Part shown: positions 1 to 12,840 of the stretch, piece after piece
Layout of the letters: every line of letters starts with the position of its first letter
Numbering within the stretch: the stretch's first letter is position 1
From: Azolla caroliniana
Taxonomy: Eukaryota > Plantae > Polypodiophyta
DNA: 64,000 bases
Direction: 5' to 3'
Assembly (NCBI GenBank): GCA_043228905.1
Contig: JBHGNT010000002.1
Location: forward strand, 9,052,001 to 9,116,000
Position numbers and translations under genes: made by a program
The notes under the pieces: generated by a model
What the model was told of the DNA's origin: nothing
Seen by the model: the letters and a program-made list of their open reading frames with translations, nothing else
The model's database searches: none

Positions 1-1176
1 ACTATCATATTTCCGAACTGTGTACTCTGTGTTTTTTACGCACATGCTTCCGCATGTATTCCTTTACACTATGGTAAATTCTCACCATGGGATATTATAT
101 GGTCATGCTCATAACAACATAGCCTAGAAATTCCACCTGGTTGCACTCAAAACTACAATTTTCCAGTTTTGCCTAAAGACCATGTTCTCGAAGTCATTTT
201 AGTACTAACTAGTACATGATAATCATGCTCTTCTTGAGTCTTCGAATAAACTAGTAGATCATCCAAATAGATGATCAAACAAATATTCAAGAGATCTTGG
301 AATATATCATTTTCCATGTGCCGGAAGATTGTTTGCGCATTGGTGAGACCTAATGGCATAACCATATACTCGAAGTGCCCATATCGGGTGCGAAAAGCGG
401 TCTTCCATTCATCTCCCGGCCGGATCCGTATGAGGTTATATGCTCCTCGTAAGTCGATCTTTGGGAAGAACTTTGCATCATTAATCCATTCTAAAAGACT
501 CGAGATAAGGGGAAGTGCATGTACCTATTCGTGATGGTGATCTTATTCAAGCCACGGTAATCCACGAAGAGACAAAGTGAACCATCCTTTTTCTTGACAA
601 AGATTTCGAATGTCGAATGAACCCGTTTGTCAAATTCTCCTCTATGTAGGCTCGAAGGACTTCTAGCTCGGTTGGTGGCAAGTTGTTGATAGGTCCCCAT
701 GGTGGCTCTTTCCTTGGTTGTAAATAAATGGGACAATCATACGATCGATAGTGAGGAAGAGTACTGGTTTGTATCTTATCAAACACGTCGGCATAATGAC
801 AATATTTCTCTAGAGGTTGAACTATGGATTCCTCTTTAGTGGTGTTGGAAGGTTTTACTGAGACTGCGAATACAAACATTGATTCCTTGCCTCCTCCCTC
901 ACGCAATTCATGTAGCGAAATGGTTGAAATTCGATGAGTAGATCCTCGGGTTTGTCGATACCGAATTTCTCTTGTTTTCCAATCTATGTCTGGGTTATGT
1001 AATTCGAACCATGGTAACCCCAAGACAATTGGATGCTCTGGACTAATAATTATATTAAATGATACTACACACACCAAATTATCTAGGACAACCTGAATCG
1101 ACTCTGACTCTTCTATGATATTTCTGGAAGCAATGGGGTGACCAACAATGACAATTACAGATGCTGGGCAAGGAAG
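1..1176 (-). pseudogene. pol: A1 pol fragment (protease C-terminus and RT), frameshifted
   Basis: ORFs 547-1224, 491-736 and 153-365 carry [18 protein letters not shown] and YLDD motifs. Confidence 0.9.
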
Positions 1177-1181
1177 GTTTC

Positions 1182-1454
1182 TGACAGGGACTACACGCTC
1201 CCGATGAACAACGCTCGGCCACAACCAAGCTTAGAATCAAACACAGAAAAACGGGAATGAATGCACGACACAATGGAGAGAAGAGTACACAAGATGTTTA
1301 CGTGGAAAACCCAAACACGGGAAAAACCACGACAGTCCACTAACTGCTAACTATCACAATGTAACAATATACAATAGATGAACACAGAGGCAACGACCTC
1401 TTGTTCACTGTCTTCGCCACAAGCGGCGGTTACAACAAAGATACAAACTCTTCG

Positions 1455-1522
<68 letters not shown>

Positions 1523-1875
1523 CTGTTGCGCTCTAATCTTGTGCCAACAAGAATGACAACAACCACTACAACAACATACTCTAAGTTTTCCCTAAGTCAT
1601 ATTTATACTAATATGACTTTTCAGTTATTTACAAATATAGCCCCGATGGACTCTCAGAAAACATATTTACGAATATGTCCCTTCATCCGGTGAGCACTTC
1701 TCACCGGGCCTTCACCATCTAGCTCTTGCCGAGTGCTCATCAACAGGTTCTCACCGGGTCTTCCGTAGCCGGGTACTCCACATCCGGATTCGGCCTCGAC
1801 CTATCGGCCTCGGTCGAGTTTGCTCATCAGTACTGTTCTTCTCACTTCCCATCCGGAGGGACCTGTTTCCTAACA
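1182..1875 (-). repeat. 3' LTR of copia B, contains (CT)n microsatellite ~1462-1515
   Basis: Direct repeat of 8038-8739. Confidence 0.96.
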
Positions 1876-1885
1876 AATTCCCCCT

Positions 1886-2909
1886 TCACTCCAGCATGGG
1901 ATGTCTTACTAGTCCGATCCGCTTCCGGTATGCATCCAACTTGTCGGGTACCAGTACTTTGGTCAGCATATCTGACCCGTTCTCGGCCATGTGGATCTTC
2001 GTCAGCGCAAACTCCTGGTCATCTACTCTTTCCCGGATCCAGTGATACCTTCGCTGGATATACTTCATCCGGGAATGGTAGGCCGCATTCTTAGCAAGGT
2101 GGATGGCACTTTGACTGTTGCAATAGAGCCGGTATTCATCTTGCCGGATACCAAGCTCTCCGATGAAGTCCTTCATCCATAATATTTCCTTGCCAGCTTC
2201 CACAGCCACCATGTACTCCGCCTCCGTGGTTGACAACGCAACTGTCTTCTGCAGCCTCGACTGCCACGAAACAGCTGCCCTTGCATATGTCATTACATAC
2301 CCGGATGTAGAGAGGCTGGTATCCACATCAGCCAACATGTCCGAATCGGTAAAACCGTCAAGTTGAAGTTTTGCGGAGCCGAATCGGAGACACATATTTG
2401 AAGTGCCCTTCAAGTACCAGAGTATCCATTTGATCGCATTCCAGTGCTCCTTGCCAGGATTGCTCATAAACCGGCTCACCACTACGACTGCGTATCCTAT
2501 ATCCGGTCGGGTACACACCATTGCGTACATTAAGCTCCCGACGGCAAAGGCATATGCAACCTTCATCATATCAGCCTTCTCTGCTTTCGTCTTCGGGCTT
2601 TGCTTACCGGATAATCTGCAGTTTTCCGGGACCGTCGATGCGACCGGTTTCGCTTCTAACATGTTGAACCGCTGAAGCACCTTTGTCACGTATTTCTCCT
2701 ATAACAGCCACAATTGCTTTGTTGGCCGGTTCCGGATGATATGCATCCCTAGCATCTGTCTTGCCGGACCCAAGTCTTTCATCGCGAAAGTTCGGTTGAG
2801 AGCCTTCTTCAGCATCCGTATTCTGGCTTGGTTCCGTCCGACGATCAACATGTCGTCCACGTACAGAAGGAGTATCACGAACTCGCCTCCTTCAAACTTA
2901 TTGAGAAAC
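1886..2909 (-). pseudogene. pol: copia B RT C-terminus and RNase H
   Basis: LLLYVDDML, GSLMYAMVCTRPDI, VALSTTEAEY motifs. Confidence 0.95.
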
Positions 2910-3042
2910 ACGTTGTCGTGATGTGGCATGTCTAGTGCGAGAAAAACTCAAAAATTGAGGATCCACACACATTTCACGAATACTTGTAAAAATGAAAATA
3001 AATAAACCTAGGTCACAATGGCATTGAGTGCATGCAGAGGGT

Positions 3043-3106
3043 TGCAAGTAGGATTTGAACCTTGCACCTCTAAGGTAAGAGGCAATTACCTTACCACTAA
3101 AGCTAC
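3043..3106 (-). promoter_or_regulatory. tRNA-like Pol III A/B-box module in LTR of C (copy at ~6044-6107)
   Basis: Minus strand TAGCTTTAGTGGTAAGG (A box) ... GGTTCAAATCC (B box) with a CCTCT/AGAGG stem between them. Confidence 0.65.
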
Positions 3107-3613
3107 TACTAAGTGCTTTAGATGTTCTATATTTCTTTCTCATATTCAGTATTCCGTAGGAAACAAACGAACAAAACCGTGTACACAAAACCACGGTTTT
3201 AAGCCCATGGTTTCCTGCATGTCTCAAAGCAAAACTGTGTGCACAGAAACCATGGCTCCAAGCCCATGGTTTTGTGCATGGACAAACCTATAGAACCCCT
3301 AGTACGGCTTGTGTAAGGGGGGGCTCAATATGATATGACCATCATCATCACCATCAATAATATAAGCTTCTATTTCTTCTTCTTCGCATCTATCTTGTAA
3401 TTATTTATCTACTTCTGAAAGTGTACAATCTTCAATCTTCTCAAGTATAATAGGTCTTCCTCCAATCTTACATTCACATCGTCCTCTTCTCAATACCTTG
3501 ACGGACATCCTCCTTGGTCCAAGACCCCGGTGGTCCCTCTCAAGCGAAGCACGCTCGCACGCGCATCTTCACGACATTTTTTGTGAACCCGACGTGAAGA
3601 GCGGTAGGGGAGG

Positions 3614-5776
3614 ATGAAGCTGGACGAGGAATATCTAATGAAGGCAATGTCAAAGATGATGATGGAGTTTTCAAGAGAAGGGAAAACACGACATGCGGCC
3701 CAACAAGCCGTCGAAATCATGATCAAGCGAGTCGGGTTTTTCGATGGAGGCAAAGTCCAAAAAATTCTAAACGCCTACAATGCCGAAATTGATTCAAGAG
3801 GAGTGGAGGAAGAAATGAGGCTGGAGTACTTTTGTCGAGTGGTGGCCGAACCAATCTTCGAAGAGATTAAAGAGATTCAAAAAACTCACGATTCGTGGGT
3901 GTCCTTCAAAGAAGCTTTACGAGAGTCATATGGTTACGAAGAGCAAAAGGGACGAGGTTTGTATGAGTTTCACGAATGGGTGTCATCGAGAAAGACCCAC
4001 CAGAGTGCTATGCATGCATTCATTGAGTTTGAGTATCGCTTCGCTGAACTCTCGGACCGGGATCGAAGATTGGTGGGGGTGAATAAAGTTCTGATGTTTG
4101 TAAAGTCAATCGATCGGAATGAAAGGAAGACCATTGGAATCCAACTCGAGGATGACAATGGTGAAAATGGCCTCACTGAGGATTGGGCCAAAGTGGAAAG
4201 GGTATGCCGACAACACGATAAGAAGGAGATGAGACTCTCATCGACAACAACACGACCCACAAGGGATGTTCAAAGGAGAATGGGATGTGGCAATAAAAAC
4301 CCACTGAAGGAAGAAAGCTCGAAGAGGGAAGCTTCGAAAGAACTCAACATAGAAGCCTTGATGAGAGAGGCAATAATGAACTTAAAGGCACAAGTCGAGG
4401 TTGAAGAGAAGCTGAAAACAAAACCGAAGAAAATGGTGATCGACGAAGAGGAGACCTCCCGACAAATGCAAACTAATGGTACAGCCAATACGAAGGCCCA
4501 GGTTTGGTATGACAGTACCATGGGAGAAGGTGTGAAACAAGCCACCTTCTCGACTTATGGAGGAACGACGGTCGAGAGAAGGGCCGAAGACTCGAGAGCG
4601 GGAAATGCTACTTTAAGAGTGGACGAGCATTTCAGAACACATGTTGTGTCCGAAATATCGAGTAATGAAGGTGCAAGCATGAGGGAAGCTTGCGTGATCA
4701 AGGGATGTAAAGAGTGCGAGGTCGACGTGATTGAGGCGGTAGCCACGAGAAACGACATCAAGTCGCAGATGGCTGAGGAAGAGTTCACGGTGGATGACCG
4801 TGTCGAGACTTTCCCAACACTTGATCTAGAGACTTGGGCAGTTGCGTCCGAGAGCCAACATGAGACCCAAGAGACGGAAAGTGGTGGGGAAGAAAATATT
4901 GAAGACAATGTGAATAACAACATTGAGCGAAAGATGGCTACGGATGAGAAGACGGTGACCGATGGTGTCGAGGTTCTCCCCACATTTCTTCCTGAGACTT
5001 CGGCAGTTGTGCCCGAGTGTCAACGTGAGACCGGAGAGACGGAAGGTGACGGCTAGAAATCGAAGGACCAAAGTGGCAATGAGGACGATGACCACAGACG
5101 AAGGGATCCCTCCACACCGGTTCCGAAGACTTCGGCAATTGTGCCCGAGAGCCAACATCAGACCGGAGAGATGGAAGGTGGCAGCGAGGAGATGAGGGTC
5201 GAAGCCGGCGCATACAGAGGAACGGTTGCCAACAAGGAGGCCAAAAACAAAGCTACAATAGAGTTCGATGAAGAGCCAAAGAGCGGCAAGAAAGGAAGAA
5301 CCGGAATACAATCCGGATGGAAAATGACTTTGGTATTCCGACCCGAACGGAAGCCGACCCGGACGAGAGCTGATCAACCAAGCCCGACCCAACTGAAAAC
5401 CGGACGGAAACTAACCCGGACGAAAGTCGATCATCTAAGTCCGATTCGGCCGAATGCGAATCCGAACAAAGGCCGACCAAGCCAGAAGTTGATTGGTCGA
5501 GACCGATCCCGACAGAAGTTGAGCCGGCCTAGACAGAGGTCGAAGCAAACGAGCCGCGACATCCAGTCGAGGCTGTTGAGCATAAGGAAAGGCAAGCATG
5601 AGACAAGAAAGGATGATAAAGGAAAGTTAAGTGACCAAGGAGATGGCCGAGATGAAGGTGGCACATGCACGAGGCATGAAGCGTTATGCTCGGGAGGAGC
5701 ACAGGGAGCCATGACAACGAGACATGGCAATAAAAAAGGTGAGCGAATGATATGGTGGATCGGATGGCAACGGTAG
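3614..5776 (+). CDS. gag: Gag-like N-terminus fused to Glu/Thr-rich repeats and a basic tail (480-aa ORF plus broken continuation 5141-5776)
   Basis: VGFFDGGKV...KVLMFVKSID...GLTEDWAKVERVC is homologous to the gag of element D; repeats TFPTLxLETWAV...QETEG. Confidence 0.8.
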
Positions 5777-6581
5777 TTCGAAGTAGACGACAAAAAGATG
5801 GTGCGGACGAGGCACAAGAAAGGAGGAAATCAAACACCAACCACCTTTGACCCTTCCACATCACTCTTTTCTTCTTGGCACATACCGGAGGATGTGCGGT
5901 TTGGTGGGGGTGGATGTCGTGATGTGGCATGTCTAGTGCGAGAAAAACTCAAAAATTGAGGATCCACACACATTTCACGAATACTTGTAAAAATGAAAAT
6001 AAATAAACCTAGGTTACAATGGCATTGAGTGCATGCAGAGGGTTGCAAGTAGGATTTGAACCTTGCACCTCTAAGGTAAGAGGCAATTACCTTACCACTA
6101 AAGCTACTACTAAGTGCTTTAGATGTTCTATATTTCTTTCTCATATTCAGTATTCCGTAGGAAACAAACGAACAAAACCGTGTACACAAAACCACGGTTT
6201 TAAGCCCATGGTTTCCTGCATGTCGCAAAGCAAAACTGTGTGCACAGAAACCATGGCTCCAAGCCCATGGTTTTGTGCATGGACAAACCTATAAAACCCC
6301 TAGTACGGCTTGTGTAAGGGGGGGCTCAATATGATATGACCATCATCATCACCATCAATAATATAAGCTTCTATTTCTTCTTCTTCGCATCTATCTTGTA
6401 ATTATTTATCTACTTCTGAAAATCTTCAATCTTCAATCTTCTCAAGTGTAATAGGTCTTCCTCCAATCTTACATTCACATCGTCCTCTTCTCAATACCTT
6501 GGCGGACATCCTCCTTGGTCCAAGACCCCGGTGGTCCCGCTCAAGCGAAGCACGCTCGCACGCGCATCTTCGCGACAACGC

Positions 6582-8007
6582 AGTGATCGGCCTGCATCTT
6601 GTGGTACCCTTGATCGGTCATGAAGGAGTCGAACTTCCGGTACCATTGTCGGGGAGCCTGCTTCAATCCGTACAACCTCTTCTTCAATCGGCAAACCAGG
6701 TGCTCCTTCCCTTTCTCCACAAATCCTTCTGGTTGCTTCGGTAACCGGCTCCTCGATTTGCTCTTCATACAAATCCGATTCGGGGTCTTGGCCGGTTCTG
6801 GTTTCAGCTTCCTCTACTTCTTCTTTTGCCGGTTCGGTATACTCACCGTAGCCGGCTGGTTCCTCGAGTGCTAACCAGTCTCTTGCCGGTTGGGTTTGCT
6901 CATCGTAGAATCGATCCTTACCGGTCGACTCAGAGTTCATTATCTTCTTCTGCGACTCCCAGTCGACGAGCATCTTGTCCTCCATGAAGATAATATCTCG
7001 ACTCCGGAATACCTTCTTCTCGACTAGGTCCCACACTCGGTAGCCGAACTCATCGTCGCCGTAACCGAGGAATATGCATGGCCAGGTCTTTAGATCTTGT
7101 TTTCTTCTCCGGTCCTTAGCTACATGCACATACGCAAGACACCCAAATACCATCAGATGCCGGTAGGACACTTCCTTACCGGTCTAGACTCTCTATGGCG
7201 TGTCTCCGTCCAAGGGTATTAAGGGTGATCTGTTTATCACATATGTCGCCGTCGACAGTGCCTCAGCCCAAAACTTCTTGGGTAGTTTTTCATGCGCCAT
7301 CATACTCCGAACACTCTCCATTATGGTCTGGTTCATCCTCTCGGTCAACCCGTTTAGTTCCGGCGTCTTCGGCACGGTAAATTTGAGCCGGATTCCTTTC
7401 GAGTGACAATACTCCTCGAACTGCCCCCGGTACTCACCTCCGTTATCTGCTAGACTTCATCTAGCAAGCTCGACTTCACTCTTGCTAGGGATAACCGTTT
7501 CCCTTCTGGCCCGGCGTTGCCCAAAGTGACAACCAACGTCTCCCAGCTATCTGGGAGGGAACTGAGCCGTAGTAGTGCTAGTACCTCGTCGGCGAGAGGT
7601 ACTTCCAATGATGTTGCCTGGTGGATCAGCCCCTGGAAGGCATTCATGTGCTCCGCCATGTTGGAGCCATCTTTGTACCAGAGTCTTACTAGCTTCCGAG
7701 ATACCGAATCCTGATTAACAACATTTTTGTTTTGAAACATAATGCCGATCTTCTCCCAGAGCTCATGAGCCTTGCTCTCTTCATTGAAGTTGTTGTATAG
7801 ACTCATGTCGATGAAGCACCGTATATACGCCGTTGTCTTCATGTGCATCACCTCCCATATCGTGGCTTCGATTTTGTTTGGTCTCTTGTCCTCGAACTGA
7901 ACCGGCAACCAAAGATCTTTAACCATGAGCATGTCCCTCATCTTCGACTTCCACACCGAATAGTTGGAGCCGATGAGCTTGAACATGCCTCCCAACGATT
8001 CGTCCAT
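6582..8007 (-). pseudogene. copia B gag, integrase and RT start with two internal deletions (~7450, ~6740)
   Basis: NYSVWKSKM, LSSLPDSW, PELNGLTERMN, FGCLAYVH, LYGLKQAPRQW motifs. Confidence 0.93.
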
Positions 8008-8037
8008 TTTCTGTGTCGTTTCGCTCTGATACCACTT

Positions 8038-8316
8038 TGACAGGGACTACACGCTCCCGATGAACAACGCTCGGCCACAACCAAGCTTAGAATCAAACAC
8101 AGAAAAACTGGAATGAAGGCACGACACAATGGAGAGAAGAGTACATAGGATGTTTACGTGGAAAACTCAAACACGAGAAAAACCACGGCAGTCCACTAAC
8201 TGCTAACTATCACAATGTAACAATATACAATAGATGAACACAGAGGCAACGACCTCTTGTTCACTGTCTTCGCCACAGGCGGCGGTTACAACAAAGATAC
8301 AAACTCTTCGTCTCTT

Positions 8317-8356
<40 letters not shown>

Positions 8357-8739
8357 TACACTGTTGCGCTCTAATCTTGCGCCAACAAGAATGACAACAA
8401 CCACTACAAAACCATACTCTAAGTTTGCCCTAAGTCATATTTATACTAATATGACTTTTTGGCTATTTACAAATATAGCCCCGATGGATTCTCAGAAAAC
8501 ATATTTACAAATATGTCCCTTCATCCGGTGAGCACTTCTCATCGGGCCTTCACCATCCAGCTCTTGCCGGGTGTTCGTCATCCGGTTCTCACCAGGTCTT
8601 TCGTAGCCGGGTACTGGTCATCCGGTTCTCACCGGTTCTTCCGTAGTTGGGTACTCCACATCCGGATTCGGCCTCGACCGAGTTTGCTCATCAGTACTAT
8701 TCTTCTCACTTCCCATCCGGAGGGACCTGTTTCCTAACA
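8038..8739 (-). repeat. 5' LTR of copia B, followed by PBS tRNA-iMet (8023-8034)
   Basis: Minus strand TGGTATCAGAGC lies 3 nt after the LTR end. Confidence 0.96.
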
Positions 8740-8744
8740 GTTTC

Positions 8745-10123
8745 TTAGGGATATCTAATGAGCTTGGGAAAAATTCCTATCCATGAAGCAAGAATTGGCT
8801 CCAAAATCTAAGAGTGCTAAGACATGTACTAAAGGGGTACTTTTAGTACTAATTGTTACTTGAGGTAAGAACACATTGCTAACTTTCTTAAAGGGAATGG
8901 GACCACTAATGGGTTGCACTGATCTAGGGCTGTCCAACCAAACGACTCTTACTTTGGCTGGACTTAGTCGTTTAATTCTTCTTCTAACTGCCTAAGGAAT
9001 TTAAATTTGTTCGATAGACTTTTGTTATTAGTACTATTAGGACTATTAGACACTCGTACTAAAAAATACTTGGGTTTACTACAAGCCAGTATTTGATTTA
9101 CCTGTCTTCTTGGCCTATGTCGATAGTTTACTGCGATATGCCCTGGTCCTCCCCAACAAAGACACAATTGATTTGCTCGGCGTCGTTGCTTTTCTTCTTC
9201 CGACAATGGTCCATGATGACGTGTGGTGTCGATTTCCATCGGTGTTGGAGTATTTGCCAGAGATGCATTATATGATTCCCTTGCAATGGTTTTGCTATGA
9301 CTGAGGCATATGTGGGTTCCAACCTGGTCCTTGGCATTTGTAACTGGAGTTCCAAACTTTGTTTGAAAAGCCAGTTATCGCATCGTACCGCTCGACTGAT
9401 TGCATGTGTGAGCGATTCTGGTTATTCGGGGAAAGTCAGGAGTAGGTCTTTGACATCATTTCGTACGCCATATCGAAATTGCTCCATCAATGCTTGATCA
9501 TCCTAGGGGATATCGAAGGCGAGTAGACAGAAATCTATAGTGTAAGCGGAGGCTGGACAATCACCGACGTAATCGTTAGATTTTGTTGATTCTTGTCCTT
9601 GTGCTATCAGTATCTCCAAAAAACAGGCTTTCAACTCGCTTATAAACTCCTCAAAATTATTTAGTAATGGAGATTTTTTTCTACCAACGGAGCGAACCAT
9701 GCCAAAGCTGAGCCGCATAGCAACGTGCCTATTAGACTCACTCATGATGCATCAGTGGGATATTGGGAAGGATGCATTTGAATGACTAATCGTACCTGAT
9801 TAAGGAATCCTCTGAATTGTAATCACATTCCATCGAATTTCATAGGAAGGTTGATCTTGGGCTCTTTATGAATCCCTTGAGTACTTGGTCCTTGTTGTTG
9901 CAATGCTACAATGGTTGTTTCACGTTGTTTCACGCGTAACACTAGCTCCCCACGTTGTTGTTGCAACTCCCCATGTTGTTGTTTTTTGCTGCTTTTCTAA
10001 AGATATTTGTTGAAGATCCCCCAACAGCCGTTGATTTTCTTCTTCCAATGCGACATACCTTTCTTTCAAGCATTGCAACTCTGAGAGAATGAATTGATAC
10101 TCTTGACCGCTAACAGTTTCCAT
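8745..10123 (-). pseudogene. gag: A1 gag-protease, frameshifted
   Basis: METVSG start, SPLLNNFEEF, MEIDTT...LCLCWGGPGH, ALLDFGANSCFMD. Confidence 0.88.
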
Positions 10124-10201
10124 AGTATTGGAGGAAGGAGGGATAAGAGGATTAGTATGAAGGGAGGGAGGAGTAAGAAGATAGAGAAATCTGGTTCAAA
10201 C

Positions 10202-10297
10202 AGTCAGGAATAGTACTAAAGATGGAGAGGGAATTAGTACTAGAGGTAGAGGAGGATGAGTACTATGAGTACTTAAGAGGACAAGATGGTGTGAAAC

Positions 10298-10342
<45 letters not shown>

Positions 10343-10651
10343 TGGCAATAGAAGATATATATTATAAGGAGAAAGATACAAGAACAACTAGGAGGCTTAA
10401 GATTGATGTTGAACCGAATTGTTTCTCAATAATGCCATGTGCCTCTTTTTATAGTGTGTTTAGGAGTACTCTTGACATTTCTAGAATGTTTTAGAGAAAT
10501 CTAGAATATACATGGATTTCCTAAGTGAAATAATAAACGAAAACAATATTCTTTGTATACAATGTATATCTTAATGGTCCGGATTTAACTCATGTGACAT
10601 AAGGTCATGGATTCACATTCTTTTGAAGTCATACCATGCTATATCATGACA
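10202..10651 (-). repeat. 5' LTR of A1
   Basis: Ends TCATGACA at the junction with the copia remnant; TATA-like on minus ~10446-10453; (GA)n; layout matches the A2 LTR. Confidence 0.75.
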
Positions 10652-11568
10652 ACTCAAAGGGACATCTCCGATATGTTCGATGGGGTGAGGGGTATCGTCG
10701 CCGGTTTCAATGACCCTCGGTTGTTTTGGCTTCTTTAGTGTCGAGAGCCACTCCTTGTGATTCATGATATGGTTTGATGCTCCGGAATTCACATACCACA
10801 CCTCGTTCAACTTCAAGGGGCTCGCTACTATCGAGTTGGCTTTATGCTTCATGATGAAGGTAGGGTCCGATCCGAATCCCCGTGAGCCTTCATCATAGTG
10901 CAATTTTTGATGCATATCTACGTCCCCTCAGCTTGATACAACTTGATCTAATTGGCACGCTTCTTCTAGCACTCACTCTCTTTGTGGATCTTCCGGCCAC
11001 AATACCAACAGTCCATTCCGGTCTTAGTTTGCCAGCTTCCGACGTCACCTTGACTCCCCCTACTTGTGGAGGGTCCAGAGATGTTGTCGGCATTCCGATT
11101 ATGCATCATGTTCTGCTCCTGTAGTTGTCTCCATTGCGTCCTGACCCGCCTCATCCACCATGATCATGGGGGCGATCAACCTCCGATTACAACATCTTGT
11201 TGTCGGCGTGAGTACTCGTCAACACACCCATGTGGTTCTCCTCTACAAGGAGCATCGATTGTAACTTGAAAAATGATGGATGATTCTTTCTCATGTAGAT
11301 AGCCGTCTGAATCGGCCCATATTTCTGAGCTAACCCACCAGGATAGATTTGCATCATCTCGTATTTGTCCATAGTAACATTGATAGATCCAAGTGCATCA
11401 CAGATTTCCTTGATCTTTGGGGTGTAGTTAGTTACCGACATACCTCCTTGTCGAACATTGTTGAGCTCCTATCTAAGTTGAACTTACGGGTTGTGGTGCT
11501 AGCAGCAAACATCCTCTTCAGGTTCCCCCAAGCATCCTTCGGCGACTAGTTGAGCATTTGATTGTTGC
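10652..11568 (-). pseudogene. Ty1/copia gag-protease remnant (J/K family)
   Basis: WYVNSGASNH protease motif, CWYCG...H...C knuckle; homologous to 43000-43900. Confidence 0.9.
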
Positions 11569-11836
11569 CCGTTGTCATGAAGAATGTGCTTCACGATATA
11601 AAAAGGAACTTAAATATTGTAGTATTTAAAGATTGTTGCCCGTTGTCTTATGTAGTATTTGAGAGACTTGAACCCACACCCTTATATACGAAGTACAAAA
11701 TACATACAACTAGAATAGCCTATTTAATTTTTGAAGTATTGTAAAGAATATGCTTCATGATATAAGAATGAAGCTAAATATTGTATTGAGTAAAATTGAG
11801 AGACTTAAACCCTCAACCTTGTATACCAAGCAAAGT

Positions 11837-12210
11837 TGTTGGGGTGGGGGGTGAAACCTAGAATGGCTTCACCCCCGTCCCAACGGGGTTAAGTTAGAGA
11901 GAGAGCAAGAGAGAAAGACAAATACAAAATGACACAAAATGAGAGGGGAAAAATTTATATTCCATTACATGCCCCATTAGGGGTTTATATAGCACATAGT
12001 GTAACAATTAATAATATGATCGTTACATTGTTGTCACATGCACATAATTGTACATGTGCTCACACATACTCATCTTCACACACTCATTTACTTTACACGT
12101 ACACATCAACCACATCATTGCACCTACCCTTATGCCTCCCCGTATATTCTTACGGGTAACACATGGCACACCTGTGGGACAGTGCATTGCACGATGAACC
12201 CACTTGCCAT
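11837..12210 (-). repeat. 3' LTR (11837-12161) and adjacent internal end of a Tat-like element
   Basis: TG...CA termini; TATAAA on minus; terminal hairpin shared with 22060-22112; adjacent motif matches 41330-41351. Confidence 0.7.
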
Positions 12211-12565
12211 GGGCAAGATTCACTCGATAAGGACTCAACAACCACTTCAACTCAACTTTGGGCGAGGTGGAATGAAAAAGCTAATGGAAGATGCCGAGAG
12301 AGAAACGACTCAAGCGATACAATACGTGGTAACCTTAGGGTTGCGTGTAGAAGACTCATATGGTGGATCTAACTTTTGGCAAGATGTGATGGAGTATGCA
12401 AGAAAAGGGAAGGTTCAAGTGGATGAATTAAAAAGAGCGAGAGATGAAATATGGAACTTCATTGGATGGAATGATCCAATAGATGTACTATCAGCATTCG
12501 CCCAAGTGAATGCACAAGAGGTACTAGTGGAAGAGAAGCGAAAGAGAGCTGAGGAGGCTGATCTG

Positions 12566-12840
12566 GCAAAGAAACATAAGGCACGAGAACAAAAGAGAAG
12601 GGATATGGAAAAGGGTGCTCTTGAGACGAAGGAAGCTGATAGAGTAAAAGGGAATACAAACCCATCTTTCAAGCTTGCGTCAGATATAGAAACAATGACT
12701 ATCTGCGGCAAAGAAACATAAGGCACGAGAACAAAAGAGAAGGGATATGGAAAAGGGTGCTCCTGAGATGAAGGAAGCTGATAGAGTAAAAGGGAAGACT
12801 GACCCATCTTTCAAGCTTGCATCAGATATTGAAACAATGA
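12566..12840 (+). repeat. ~136-bp tandem duplication in D0 gag
   Basis: GCAAAGAAACATAAGGCACG...GAAACAATGAC present twice. Confidence 0.9.

Larger units (their letters stand above)
2914..6577 (+). mobile_element. Non-autonomous tRNA-Trp-primed LTR element C (Gag plus acidic repeats, no pol)
   Basis: 663-bp LTRs 2914-3576 and 5915-6577 (TGTCG...CGACA, about 10 differences); PBS 3581-3597; PPT ~5903-5914; 4-bp TSD ACGT/ACGC; removing it restores the copia RT frame DHCVFLNKF. Confidence 0.95.
1182..8739 (-). mobile_element. Ty1/copia retrotransposon B (Tnt1-like) with internal deletions
   Basis: LTRs 1182-1875 and 8038-8739 (TG...CA); TSD GTTTC at 1177-1181 and 8740-8744; PBS-Met 8023-8034; PPT 1876-1885; gag, IN, RT, RH order. 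Confidence 0.97.
1..10651 (-). mobile_element. Ty3/gypsy chromovirus-type (Tcn1/Tf1-like) retrotransposon A1, 3' part outside window, split by copia B
   Basis: RT motifs ([25 protein letters not shown]) at 1-740, protease-RT linker to 1176, resumes at 8745 with protease (ALLDFGA) and gag with a degenerate CCHC knuckle; 5' LTR 10202-10651. Confidence 0.9.

Noticed and set aside
1462-1515. (CT)n/(GA)n tracts as independent features
   Set aside because: They are ordinary microsatellites inside LTRs and UTRs, differing only in length between LTR pairs.
11837-12161. Solo LTR
   Set aside because: Flanks AAAGT and CATGG do not match and internal sequence continues on the right, so it is a truncated element end.
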